Shown: piece after piece, positions 26,238 through 35,900 of the stretch | Layout of the letters: the number at the start of each line of letters is the position of its first letter | How positions within the stretch are numbered: the first letter of the stretch is position 1 | DNA from: an uncultured Candidatus Micrarchaeota archaeon | GTDB taxonomy: Archaea > Micrarchaeota > Micrarchaeia > Anstonellales > Anstonellaceae | Direction: 5' to 3' | Assembly: GCA_903892905.1 (NCBI GenBank) | Contig: CAITKI010000153.1 | Span: forward strand, 1 to 57,469 | DNA length: 57,469 nucleotides | Position numbers and translations under genes: made by a program | The notes under the pieces: generated by a model | The model's database searches: none | Told to the model about the DNA's origin: nothing | The model's input: the letters and a program-made list of their open reading frames with translations, nothing else

Positions 26238-27501
26238 AGGTGGCTTTTTGGACTATGCCTATTACGATGCAGTCTCCATGGAAAGGAAGTTTGGGGAGGG
26301 CGGCAATGCCCTTGCCGTGGTAATTCCGGTCTACAATGAATATGGCGTGCTGGCAGAGCACCTCAGAATCCTGAAGGGGCAGGCATTCGGGGGCTTTGAT
26401 GTTTTCCTGGTCCTATCAGACATCGCTGATTTCGAGAAAGTCTGGCAGGCTGCAAAAAAGTCAGGCCTCGCAGGGATTGTGATCAAAAGGGAAAACGACA
26501 CTGGGAGCGCGGGCGGTTTTTACCTGGGAGCAAAGCGCGCCCTCGCAGCAGGATGCAGGGCAATCATATTTGCAGACGTTGATGCGCTTCCCTGCGGAAG
26601 CAATCTCATTTCCCTGCTTTGGGAGAAGCTGGAATCAGGCGCAGATTTCGTGATGTCCGAAAGCAGGCTTTCGCTTGAAGGCAAAGGGGTTGCCAGCGAG
26701 CGCGTGCTCAACCAATACTCGCTCGTCTCTGCGAGGCTGGCAAAAAAGGCGGGCCTGCACTATGCCCCCGCCTATCTTGGCGCTGATGACGCGGAATATT
26801 CCCAGAGGCTGTCCAGATTCTGCAAGCCGCAGATGTCGGGAGGGCAAGTCAGCCACCCTCTCATGGATTTTGGCTCCCGCGGGCTTCCGAGGTCGGTTGC
26901 ATATTCCATAAACCTTGCCCTCCTGTGGATCCCGAGAGGATGGCATTATTACATCTATTTTTTCGGGCTTGCAGCCCCGGTTTTCATTTTCTTCGGAAAA
27001 GACCAGAGCAGGAAGGCAGGCATGCACGCGGTTTCCTGCATGCTGCGCCACCGATTTGGCAAGGACGCCTATTCTGGCGCAGCCTTGCAGCCTTTGAAGG
27101 AACAGGCATACGGGCTTGAGCGGCTGGTGGCAGCAGCGCCCTGCAGCCTGCCTGGCGCAACGCAGCTCAGGTATTCATATGAGAGCGGGGCGATCGGGAA
27201 GGCAAAAAACGGGCTCGGTCTGGTGACAGGGATTTTCAGGAAGGCAGTGGCGCTTAAAAGGGTGAACATGACAACGGTGGCAATCGCCATGGCACTGGGA
27301 AGGAAAACGGCGATACTTGGGGAAGATGACATGGTGGAAATTGTCTCGGATAATGGCGGCGCCTTGCGCCACGTGGCAAAGGCAGTTGCATTTGCAGCTT
27401 GCCTGCCGTTTTTCATGCTGGCGGCAATTGCCAGCCTGCCAATAAACATTGCATTGCGCCCAAAAACAGCAGGCTATGGAATTGACCAGGAGAGGAGATA
27501 G
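26224..27501 (+). CDS. divergent GT-A (GT2-like) glycosyltransferase with C-terminal TM helices, paralog 2
   Basis: LAVVIPVYNEYGVLAEHLRILKGQAFGGFDVFLV, NDTGSAGGFYLGAK (GlfT/WbbL-like G-G-F loop), IIFADVDALP (DxD), and LGADDAEY. The true start may be the TTG at 26248 or the ATG at 26278. Confidence 0.6.
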   Translation: MWHIEGGFLDYAYYDAVSMERKFGEGGNALAVVIPVYNEYGVLAEHLRILKGQAFGGFDVFLVLSDIADFEKVWQAAKKSGLAGIVIKRENDTGSAGGFYLGAKRALAAGCRAIIFADVDALPCGSNLISLLWEKLESGADFVMSESRLSLEGKGVASERVLNQYSLVSARLAKKAGLHYAPAYLGADDAEYSQRLSRFCKPQMSGGQVSHPLMDFGSRGLPRSVAYSINLALLWIPRGWHYYIYFFGLAAPVFIFFGKDQSRKAGMHAVSCMLRHRFGKDAYSGAALQPLKEQAYGLERLVAAAPCSLPGATQLRYSYESGAIGKAKNGLGLVTGIFRKAVALKRVNMTTVAIAMALGRKTAILGEDDMVEIVSDNGGALRHVAKAVAFAACLPFFMLAAIASLPINIALRPKTAGYGIDQERR

Positions 27502-27504
27502 CCC

Positions 27505-28860
27505 ATGGATGCTGAAACCCAGATTGCAAAGCTGCTTGGAAAGCCCACTGGCAGCAGGAAAAACATCTGCTGCATAGTCATACCGGCAGGGAACGAGGCA
27601 GCTATGCTTGAAAAGCACCTTGAGCTTCTCTCAAGGCAGACCACAAAGGGATTTGATGTCCTAGTGGTGGGCAAGCCCGTCAAAGTTCCCGCAGGGATGA
27701 ATGTGAGGTTCTGTGAAGAGCGGCGCCCAGTTGGTTCATCCGGAGGCTTCGGGCTAGGGCAGGTGCAGGCATACCTGCTCGGCTATGAATACATCACCAG
27801 CGCGGACCTTGACTGCTTCCCGATTTCCAGCAACCTGGTGGAGAGATTGGTGGCCGACGCAAAAAGGACTGGCAAAGTGGCAATGCCGCTGAGCCTGTTT
27901 GACCGCGGCTACGACCCGAAGAAAAGCAAGCAGAACCACATCATAAACCATTACGGAACGGCAAGCAGGAAGGTGCTGGAGAGCTGCGGCTTCATGGACT
28001 TCAGGTTCTACAAGGGCGGGGAAGATGTTGAGATGCAAAAGAGGCTGGAAGAGTGCGGCTTGGTTTTCCGAGATGCGGACCTGTCAGTGGAGCACAAGAA
28101 CAAGGAGTGCAACCACTTGGAGACCATGAGCCTTGCAGGGAGCAAGTTCCTTTACTACAGCAAGAACTTCATAATCGCCAACCTCCGCCTGTCGGCATAC
28201 TGCCTCAGGAAGGGCAGGCTGCCAAGCGCAGCGAAGTATTTTCTGTCCACGCTTGCCGCGCTTGCCAACTACCTAGTGGTCTACAGGAACCACCACGACC
28301 TGCTGGCTGCTGCATTCATTGACGGCCTGTCGCTCAACATGGAAAAGGTTTACTGTGCCAGGAAAGCCACCATAGAGTGCCTGTCCGAGGCCCGTGGGAA
28401 AGGAGTGGCAGTTTTGATAAATGGTGAAAAAGGCGGCAAGGACGCGGTTTATTTCAAGCCAAAGGAATGGCTGCTTTCGCATGGCAAGCCCTCGGCAATA
28501 TTGCACCTAGCGTCCGCGATGGTCAGAGTGGCTGCCAACAGGGCAGATTATGTTGAACCCTCGCCAAAATTCCTGGACGATTATAAATTTTTCATCCAGT
28601 ACCTTGTGCTGGTAAAGCCGATAAAATATACAGATGGCAAACTTTACAGGGAGAGGGGCGGGCTGTTGGGAATTGCACTGAGCTGTGCCATTTCGCTTGC
28701 CATGCTGCCCATGCTTTTTGCGGCTTGCTTGGCCATGGTGGCGATATGCCTGCTTGACAGGAGCAGCCCCGTGGCAGTTTCCAACCTTGCAGAAAATCTG
28801 GGCAGGTTCGATTCTTATCTTATGAAGATGGAAAAGGAATGCAGCCAAAAAGGAGGGTGA
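27505..28860 (+). CDS. divergent GT-A (GT2-like) glycosyltransferase with C-terminal TM helices, paralog 3
   Basis: CCIVIPAGNEAAMLEKHLELLSRQTTKGFDVLVV, PVGSSGGFGLGQV, ITSADLDCFP, YKGGEDVEM, and a C-terminal helix LGIALSCAISLAMLPMLFAACLAMVAICLL. GGAGAGGAGA lies upstream of the ATG. Confidence 0.6.
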   Translation: MDAETQIAKLLGKPTGSRKNICCIVIPAGNEAAMLEKHLELLSRQTTKGFDVLVVGKPVKVPAGMNVRFCEERRPVGSSGGFGLGQVQAYLLGYEYITSADLDCFPISSNLVERLVADAKRTGKVAMPLSLFDRGYDPKKSKQNHIINHYGTASRKVLESCGFMDFRFYKGGEDVEMQKRLEECGLVFRDADLSVEHKNKECNHLETMSLAGSKFLYYSKNFIIANLRLSAYCLRKGRLPSAAKYFLSTLAALANYLVVYRNHHDLLAAAFIDGLSLNMEKVYCARKATIECLSEARGKGVAVLINGEKGGKDAVYFKPKEWLLSHGKPSAILHLASAMVRVAANRADYVEPSPKFLDDYKFFIQYLVLVKPIKYTDGKLYRERGGLLGIALSCAISLAMLPMLFAACLAMVAICLLDRSSPVAVSNLAENLGRFDSYLMKMEKECSQKGG

Positions 28861-29639
28861 GTTTTTTGCCAAATCCAATATTGACCGTTTACGGGAAGCT
28901 TTACAAGCACCTGCCAGTGCAGGTCAGGCGCGGCCTGCGCGCGATATACCATGGCGCTAAGATACAGGACCTGGAGTGCAGGGAGACTGTGGATGCCGTG
29001 GAGGCGTCCTACCGCAGGCTTGGCGTGGTGAAAGAGGGCTGCTTGGTATTTGACATCGGCGCCAACATAGGGATATATGCCGATGCGTTTGACAGGCTGG
29101 GCGCGCGGGTGGTGGCAGTGGAGCCGGTGCCTGAATGCGCGCGCATCATGCGCGAAAAGTTCGCCAAGAGGCAGCGAGTCGTGGTGGTGGAAAAGGGAGT
29201 TGGAGACGCGGAAGGCGAGCTTGAGATGTTCGTCGCAGGGAATTTCGTGGCGTCCACGTTTTCGCAGGATTTCAAGAAGCAGGAAGAGAATTCATTCAAG
29301 ACGGATTACACCCACAGCGTGAAGGCAAAGATAACCACGCTGGACTGCCTTATTGCCGAGCACGGGATGCCGGATTACTGCAAGATAGATGTGGAGGGCT
29401 TCGAGCCAAAGGCGCTTGCCGGCCTGAGTAGGAAAATAGGCTGCCTTTCGTTTGAGACGCACCAGGATGGCATGGAAGCTGCCAGGCTTTGCCTTGAGAA
29501 GCTGCAGGCCCTTGGCTACTCAAGATTCGCGTGCGACAGCCACCAGGGAGAGGAATTCACCTTAGACGACTGGGGCACTTCTGAAAAAGCGCTTGAAAAG
29601 GCCAAGTCGCTCCAGTTCGGAAACATATTCGCAAAATGA
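28839..29639 (+). CDS. FkbM-family SAM-dependent methyltransferase, second copy
   Basis: VFDIGANIGIYADAF, VAVEPVPECARIM, and CKIDVEGFEPKALAGL. An in-frame TTG at 28866, preceded by AGGAGGGTGA, is an alternative start. Confidence 0.8.
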   Translation: MQPKRRVSFLPNPILTVYGKLYKHLPVQVRRGLRAIYHGAKIQDLECRETVDAVEASYRRLGVVKEGCLVFDIGANIGIYADAFDRLGARVVAVEPVPECARIMREKFAKRQRVVVVEKGVGDAEGELEMFVAGNFVASTFSQDFKKQEENSFKTDYTHSVKAKITTLDCLIAEHGMPDYCKIDVEGFEPKALAGLSRKIGCLSFETHQDGMEAARLCLEKLQALGYSRFACDSHQGEEFTLDDWGTSEKALEKAKSLQFGNIFAK

Positions 29640-29648
29640 GGCAGTTGC

Positions 29649-30212
29649 TCAGTCGAATTTCTGGCAGGCGCCAAAGCCAGGCCAAGCAAGGTCTTTTTCA
29701 GACAGCGTCGGCTTTGCGGCGATTGGCCATTTGATCCCAAGCTCTGGATCATCGTATCTGATGCCGCACTCCTTTTCAGGCGCATATGAATTGTCAGCCT
29801 TGTAAAGCACGGCTGAATTGGCTGAAAGCGAAAGGAAGCCATGGGCAAAGCCGCGCGGCACAAAGAGGCATTGGGGGCTATCGCCTGAAAGCACCATGCC
29901 GAACCATTTGCCGAATGTGGGCGAGCTTTGCCGCAGGTCCACGATGACATCAAACACCTTGCCGGATAGGCAGCATATCAGTTTTGCCTGAGATTGCTCT
30001 CCAGACTGGTAGTGGAGGCCGCGCAGCACACCCTTCCTTGAGATTGAGATATACTCCTCCTTGAATGGGCGGGTTATTCCTGCGCCCAAAAGCGCGCCTT
30101 CGGTGAAAAGCTTGAAGAAATCGCCGCGATTGTCCTTGAACCGCTTTGGCTGGAGCAGGAACGCGTCCCTGAGGGGAAGCTCGCTTGTGGATGGGAAGCT
30201 TTCGCCTGCCAT
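29649..30212 (-). CDS. NDP-4-keto-6-deoxyhexose 3,5-epimerase (RmlC-type cupin)
   Basis: FKDNRGDFFKLF, LRGLHYQ, KLICCLSGKVFDVIVDLR, and FVPRGFAHGF. Confidence 0.85.
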   Translation of the reverse strand: MAGESFPSTSELPLRDAFLLQPKRFKDNRGDFFKLFTEGALLGAGITRPFKEEYISISRKGVLRGLHYQSGEQSQAKLICCLSGKVFDVIVDLRQSSPTFGKWFGMVLSGDSPQCLFVPRGFAHGFLSLSANSAVLYKADNSYAPEKECGIRYDDPELGIKWPIAAKPTLSEKDLAWPGFGACQKFD

Positions 30213-31069
30213 CAGCTCGCCCCCTGCTTCAAGTCCGAAAGTTGCGCATCAAGGCTTTTGACCTTGCAAACAGAATTTATTTTGGAGATGTCCAGCCTCA
30301 GGAACAAAGGCACCCGGATTGCCCTTGCGGAATGCGGGGCAGGAGCCACTACGGACTTGTCAAAGCCGAAAAGCCCGCACATTGTGATGGCGAGGCTGTG
30401 CCTAGAAAGATAATCGGGCCCGACGCAGTTGAATATGCCGGATGCCTTCGATGCAAGCAGCGCCTCGGAAAGCCGGGCTATTTCACCTGCGAAGATTGGC
30501 TGGGAGAACTGCCCTTGCGCAGCGGGAAATTTTTCCCCTTTTTTGCAGGCTGTTTTGAGCCGGGAGAAAAAATCTGCGAGATGCGGATCTTCGCCGAACA
30601 CGCAGTCCGACCGGAGAACAAGGGCATTTGGGGCGTGGTGAAGAACCCTTTCCTCTGCAACCGCTTTTGTATACGCGTAGAAATTGAGAGGATAGGTAAT
30701 GCTCTCTTCGTTGTAGGATTCGCCTTCCTTGCCTTCATACACCCAGGCTGAGCTTATGTGCACGAGCCTGGCGCCGGCCTTGCACGAGGCGGCTGCGATG
30801 TTCTCGGCTGCGACCACGTTTGAGAGCCAAGCCTCGTTTTTCGCAGTTTCTGCCGCGTCAGTCGGCATGCGGCACTTTATCGCGTTTATTATTGCATCCG
30901 GCTTTGCCTTGGCTAGCGCCTTTTGCACTGCGGCAGAGTCGGTTGCATCTGCTACAATGTCCATTGCGCCGCTCCTGCCTATTGCAATTGCAGTATGGCC
31001 GCGCGACCTGAAAAAGCGCGCAGCGTGCGAGCCTACCAATCCGCCTGCCCCGAATATGGCTATCCTCAT
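30212..31069 (-). CDS. RmlD-like NDP-4-keto-6-deoxyhexose reductase (SDR)
   Basis: MRIAIFGAGGLVGSHAARFF and YAYTKAVAE. The start is placed at the ATG at 31069, 4 nt after the upstream stop. The track ORF extends to 31216 as read-through. Confidence 0.75.
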   Translation of the reverse strand: MRIAIFGAGGLVGSHAARFFRSRGHTAIAIGRSGAMDIVADATDSAAVQKALAKAKPDAIINAIKCRMPTDAAETAKNEAWLSNVVAAENIAAASCKAGARLVHISSAWVYEGKEGESYNEESITYPLNFYAYTKAVAEERVLHHAPNALVLRSDCVFGEDPHLADFFSRLKTACKKGEKFPAAQGQFSQPIFAGEIARLSEALLASKASGIFNCVGPDYLSRHSLAITMCGLFGFDKSVVAPAPHSARAIRVPLFLRLDISKINSVCKVKSLDAQLSDLKQGAS

Positions 31070-31073
31070 TGGA

Positions 31074-32060
31074 TTACCTTGCCTTCGCTTTCGACTCGAA
31101 GTAGGACGAGTACCATTTAATGGTTTCCCGAAGCCCCTCATCGATGCCGTACTTTGCCTTCCAGCCAAGCATCTCGCGCGCCTTTTTTGCCGATAGGTGT
31201 TGGTTGCGTATCTCACCCGATATGTTGTTGAGTATTTTCGGAGGGATGTTCTTCTTCATGAGCTTGGATATCAGCGCGGTCATCTCCAGCACATCCATCT
31301 GCACCTCGTTTGAGAAGTTGAACGCCTCTCCGGAGAGCTTGGGCGAGAATTTTTCCGCAAGCGTGCAGTAGGCCGAGACCGCGTCCTTGACATAGATGTA
31401 GTCGCGGATGAACTTTCCGTCCGAGCGGATGACCGGCGCCTCGTTGTTCCAAAGCGAGCGGATGGTGCCTGGCACTATCCTGTTGAAGTTCATGTCCCCT
31501 CCGCCGAAGAAGTTGCCGCAGCGGGAGATTGCAATGGGCATCGCATATGTCTTTGCATATGCCTGGGAAATCAAGTCAGCGCAGCTTTTTGAAACGTCAT
31601 ATGGGTGCGTGCCCTGGAGCGGGCTTTGCTCGGTGTAGGGAAGCTTTTCCTGCTCGCCATATGCCTTGTCAGATGACGCGACGATTATCTGCTTTATCGA
31701 CTGGTCGTGGAGCCTTGCAGCCTCCAATAAGTTCCAGGTGCCCTCGATGTTCGCCCGGAAGGTGTGCACAGGCGAGCGGTTGGCAGCCTGCACGATTGCC
31801 TGCGCGCCCAAGTGGAAGATGGTGGCGGGCTCGTACTCGTTTATGGCGCGCTCTATTGCGCTTCTGTCCTCAAGCTCGCCGCGCACCAATACCACTTTGG
31901 AGGACAGGCCTTCTGAGAAGAAACGTGAATCTGGGACTGTGTCGCGCACCAGGCAGGCGACCTGCGCACCCTGGCGCAAGAGTTCCTCCACCAGCCAGGA
32001 GCCCACCAGCCCGCTTGCGCCGGTTACCAGCACGCTTCTTGATTTCCAGAAATCAGCCAT
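31074..32060 (-). CDS. rfbG: CDP-glucose 4,6-dehydratase
   Basis: [23 protein letters not shown] (the FW...VLVTG start typical of RfbG), SSDKAYG, and [10 protein letters not shown]. Confidence 0.78.
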   Translation of the reverse strand: MADFWKSRSVLVTGASGLVGSWLVEELLRQGAQVACLVRDTVPDSRFFSEGLSSKVVLVRGELEDRSAIERAINEYEPATIFHLGAQAIVQAANRSPVHTFRANIEGTWNLLEAARLHDQSIKQIIVASSDKAYGEQEKLPYTEQSPLQGTHPYDVSKSCADLISQAYAKTYAMPIAISRCGNFFGGGDMNFNRIVPGTIRSLWNNEAPVIRSDGKFIRDYIYVKDAVSAYCTLAEKFSPKLSGEAFNFSNEVQMDVLEMTALISKLMKKNIPPKILNNISGEIRNQHLSAKKAREMLGWKAKYGIDEGLRETIKWYSSYFESKAKAR

Positions 32061-32069
32061 GTATTCGCC

Positions 32070-32849
32070 TCACTTCCAAGCCTTCCACGGGCGGTTGCCC
32101 TCGTCCCACATCCTGTTGAGGTCAAGGTAATCCTTGTACGTGTCCATGGAGTGCCAGAAGCCCTCGTGGCAGTGCATGGACATCTTCCCCTCGGAGGCGA
32201 GCCTCTCGAAAGGCTTGCCCTCCAGCACGCAGGATTCGTCAGCGTCAAGATAGTCGAAAATCTCCTTCTTGAAGGCATAGTAGCCGCCGTTCACATAATC
32301 GTAAAGCCTGGGCTTTTCCAGGAATTTCTCCACCGTGCCGTCCTTTTTCGCCTGCACCAGGCCGAACTTGGAGTGCGGGTGCACGCCAGTCAGGGTGGCA
32401 ACCGAGCCTTTCTTCCTGTGGAATTCCAATAGCTCAGAAATGCTAGAGTCTGTCAGCCCGTCGCCGTACGTTGCAAGGAAGTCTTCTGACCCCACATACT
32501 TCTCAATCCTTTTCACGCGCGAGCCTGTGTTGGACTTGAGCCCCGTATCAGCAAAAGTGATTGTCCAGTCGTCCATAGACTTGTCGCAGTGGACGATATC
32601 CAGGGAACGATCGCCCATCCGGATGGTGACATCGTTTGCCATGAGCTCGTGGTGGAGGAAGAACTGCTTTATCATCTCCCCTTTGTAGCCAAGGCAGAGG
32701 ACGAACTCGTTGAAGCCATAGTGCGAGTATGACTTCATTATGTGCCAGAGTATGGGAAGCCCGCCAATGGTGACCATGGGCTTTGGCTTGTACTCGGTTT
32801 CTTCGCGAAGGCGTGTGCCCTCACCGCCGCAGAGTATGACTACTTTCAT
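32070..32849 (-). CDS. rfbF: glucose-1-phosphate cytidylyltransferase
   Basis: MKVVILCGGEGTRLREETEYKPKPMVTIGGLPILWHIMKSYSHYGFNEFVLCLGYKG and a C-terminal HEGFWHSMDT...PWKAWK track Salmonella RfbF closely. The start is the internal ATG at 32849. Confidence 0.9.
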   Translation of the reverse strand: MKVVILCGGEGTRLREETEYKPKPMVTIGGLPILWHIMKSYSHYGFNEFVLCLGYKGEMIKQFFLHHELMANDVTIRMGDRSLDIVHCDKSMDDWTITFADTGLKSNTGSRVKRIEKYVGSEDFLATYGDGLTDSSISELLEFHRKKGSVATLTGVHPHSKFGLVQAKKDGTVEKFLEKPRLYDYVNGGYYAFKKEIFDYLDADESCVLEGKPFERLASEGKMSMHCHEGFWHSMDTYKDYLDLNRMWDEGNRPWKAWK

Positions 32850-32930
32850 AGACTCCCTCGATTTGCCCTGAAACCTCAACGCAGATGTTTCGCAAAGCAA
32901 ATATTTAATTGCCTGCCCCAAAAGCCTGCG

Positions 32931-35900
32931 CTAGTTTTGCCTCTTGGACTCCACAGGATCCACCCAGCCTGCTGCGTTGCCTGTGAAGTTCTTCATCTTG
33001 TAGATCTTTATCTCTCCGTTCGGGCTCTTGTAGGCAAGGTCAAATCCGGGGAGATCCTCAAGGTAGAATGCCTTGTAGAGGTTGGAGGTGTAGAATGCCG
33101 TCTTGGCATCCTCCATGCCGTCCACAAGCGTGCCATTGGCGCCATACCAGATTTTCTTGTTGTCATAGACCATTTCGGCGTAGACCACTTCTGATTGCGA
33201 CTGGTCTATGATGCGCATGAGCCCCTTGGAGAGCACCAGGTCGCCGTTGGCGTCCTTGCGGTCAAGGTAATAGGTTGCGGATATCTTCTCGCCTGTTGCA
33301 ATTGTGGTTTCGCCCACGCAGTAGGCGGGCTTTGCCTGGTCGATTGCGTCCTTGCCCAGCCTGTAGGCATACACGCCGGTGCGCTGCTGGCTCTCGGAAA
33401 TGGTGCAGATGTTCGCGGTGGTCTGCGCGCGCGGGATGGCTATCCGCTCCGGGGAGTGGTCGTACTCGCATTGCGAGGTGCCTGGCTGCTCGTCAAGGGA
33501 AGTTGCCCCCTCGTGCACGCATCCCAGGTAGTTCAGCGCGCCGTACTTGCCGCCGAATGTGCTGCCGCCCACCAGCTCCACGTCGAAAAGCGCGTAGCGG
33601 CTGTCGAAATAGTTCATGCTGTCTATCATGTCCTGCGTGCTGCCCACTATGTAGTCATGCGCCACTCGGCCTATCATGCCTCGCGATGCGTGCTCGTTCC
33701 TCAGGACGGTGTTCCTGTCGCCGAAGAAGTTGGTCCAGTGGCCATAGTCCCACCAGGAAGTGACCCGGTCAGCGGTGCCGAGGTTCTTGTTTATCCATGT
33801 CATGGAGTCTATCCAGTAGTCCGCAATCCTGTTGCAGCGGAATTTCGCGGATGTCACCGCCTCTGACGAGCGCTGCTGCGCCGCAGTGTCGTTTGCCGCA
33901 GGGAAAAGCTCGTCCACCCTCATCTGAGACAGCCAGCAGACATTGGCGTCAAACTGGTTGTTTATGCTGTCCGAAAAGTTCGCATACGCGCCTGCGTCGC
34001 AAAGCGATTGCATCTGGCTGATGGGCACGCCCTTGGCGCGCAGGCCCTCGCAGAGCTTGGAAACGACAGGCATCATTGCCGCAGGGTTGTCCTGGTAGCG
34101 AGGCTCAAGCGACTTTATGGAGAATATGTAGGCGTATGGCACCGGGCCTGCCGCCTGCTCATACACCACGAAGATGAGCAGGAAGGCGAATGCGATGGAG
34201 ACCCATTTCGGCCCGTCCTGCATTATCTTTGTTGTTGCCGAAGGCAACAGCTCGTAGTCCGAAGGACGACGGGACTTTGATGCAAGGAAGCGGAAGAGGC
34301 GCTCAAGCTCAGCAATTGCAACTGCTGCAAGCACTGCAATCATCATGCCTGCGAAAATGGTGTACTTTATCTTGTTTATCCCCACGTAGAGCACAGGCAT
34401 GGTGACAAGGATGATGAGAATGGGTATGGACGGGAGCTCGCGCTCCTCCTTTTGGCGCGAGAAGTGGCGCAGCGCCAGGCCAACCACCGAAATTATCATG
34501 AATACAAAAAGCAGCGAATCGTCCTTTGCCGCGGTGGCCTGCGTGGTGCCTATGAACAGGCTGAATGAGGCATCAAGGAGGCGGAAAAGCACATTGCTCA
34601 GCAGGGTGAAAAGCGCGGCAACGATGGAAAGCGCCCCATACATTACATTTGACAGGATGCCAAGCCCGGAGGCATTTGCCTCGACGTGGTTCTTTGGCAC
34701 AATCGCAATGAAGCCTGCATCGCCTTCGAACGAGTTTCCGGCAAGGTTCTGCTCCGCGATGGTGCGCTCAAGCGCGGTCTTGAATTCCGCTGCGCCGACA
34801 TAGCCGGATACCGTGCTTTTTACAAATCCCCCGACAGGGGTGAGGAAAATCAGGAGGATGGAAATGATTACTGCCGCACCGATTGCGGAGTACCTCTTCT
34901 TGTCATTCCAGCCAAGCCCTACCAGGTACTGCACAGCCACGGCAAATGCCACGCCGCCCAGTGCCATGAGCACAGGCCCATTCGCAAGGCTACCGGCCAG
35001 CGAGCCGCTGTAGATGCCGTTGAAGATGACGCCCAGCAGGAAGCCGCCAGCCGCATAGGCAAGGCACATCACAAACTCTGGGTTTTTCTTGCCGCGCCAG
35101 AAATAGTCAAGGGACTGCAGGATGGCAAGGCCTGCAAGAGGCAGGGCAATTACAGGAGTAAAATTGGAAGAAGTCACTGCTATGAAGAATGCGATTGCGG
35201 AGAAAATGCGCAGTGTATTGTTTTTTTTCATAAGCGACATTGCGAAAAGCCCCATTGCCATGAAAAGCATCATGTTGCCCACTGGCGCTGCCTCGTTCAC
35301 CCCGGCAGACATCTTGTAGATTGTGATTGGGAGGAATGCGAGCAGGAAGGCTGCGAAAAGCCCGTAGCGCCTGCCATAGAGCGAGGAAACGAGCAAGTAA
35401 GCCCCGAAGGAGACAAAAGCCGCGGAAATGGGGGGAAGCCATGAAGACGTGGTGAAAAGCAAGTAGTTGTTGTACTCTCCGCCATTGGTATAAAGCGCAT
35501 ACCATTCCGCTTCAAGATATTCCTTGAGGGGCACTTCGCGGTGGTTGGCGGTCTTTATCTCTGGCCACCAGGCCGTGTCCTCGGTAAGCGGCTGTATGCC
35601 GTCGCGGATTATCTGCCCGGTCCCGTAGATGTAGAAATACGGGTCAAGCTCGGAGTAGATAGGCGAGTACGTCTGTATCCTTATCCAGAAGGCAAGGAGG
35701 AGCGCCAGCAGGAGCAGCGCCGGCACTATAAGCGCCACTGCGCGCTCGCGCGTGAAAAATGTTGCATCAAGCTTTGGCATTTTAGGCATGGAGAGCTTGA
35801 ACGCGCCCTCGCGCACACCGAAGAAAACGCCGGCAGCTATGACAATGAATGCGTTGATGAAGACAAGCGTGAGGGAGAAATTAATCCCTGCCAGCGACTC

